Positions 63,617 to 64,000 of a stretch of DNA of 64,000 bases are shown one piece after another (the first letter of the stretch is position 1; the number at the start of each line of letters is the position of its first letter). The notes beneath the pieces were generated by a model that worked only from the letters and a program-made list of their open reading frames with translations, was not told where the DNA came from and did not search any database. Position numbers and translations under genes: made by a program. The DNA is from Phoronis australis (Eukaryota; Animalia; Phoronida), in the NCBI GenBank assembly GCA_002633005.1, contig NMRA01000125.1:839566-903565 (forward strand), in the 5' to 3' direction.

Positions 63617-64000
63617 AGATAGTGGTTAAAATATGAAATTGAGAATGTGAGCTGAAATTTTGGGCCAACTCGCATTTTGTCGCATGTGTTTAACTTGAAC
63701 ATTCCATTCCTGCCAGACGAGTCACATAACAGCATTTTTTTAGTCAAACAGGAAAATGCAGATGCCGCAACATTGAAAATAATTTGTCCACAACAGTATT
63801 TTCTTTTTTGGTTGCAAGTTGAAATTCCAAAAAATTGCAACCTGGAATTCTGGCTTCGTTGAAAATGACAAGCTGGTAATTTTAATTCAGTCGAGAATTG
63901 TGAAGGACCTGTGACCTGGCAATATGAATGAAGCACTGAGAAATAAAATATCATTTGGGAGAGCCAAGCAAAGGTCAAAGCAAAAGGCACTCTGGCAATT

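Overview
Eukaryotic, intron-containing genomic DNA, most likely from a marine invertebrate. That assignment is an inference from the metazoan genes, abundant short TIR elements and strong TACATGTA enrichment. It is a draft assembly with two N-gaps and single-N joins. Supported genes: (1) RNF103 E3 ligase, minus strand, 3 exons, 706 aa. (2) Head-to-head with it, a 7-exon, 375-aa YfeX-like dye-decolorizing (DyP) haem peroxidase with an intact catalytic set. Its first exon (19072-19123), missed by the ORF track, encodes a mitochondrial-type presequence followed by a hydrophobic segment. (3) An uncharacterised ~180-aa domain exon on the minus strand. (4) The last two exons of MRPL43. A young Gypsy-type LTR retrotransposon lies at 35764-39060, with identical 290-bp LTRs, a TTAA TSD, a tRNA-Lys PBS, a PPT and a PNMA-like Gag. 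Two ~1.2-kb tandem duplications, each split by a single N, are probably uncollapsed haplotypes. The most interesting item is the intron-rich animal DyP peroxidase, apparently targeted to mitochondria. All exon models were assembled by eye from splice signals and reading-frame phase; no database searches were run.
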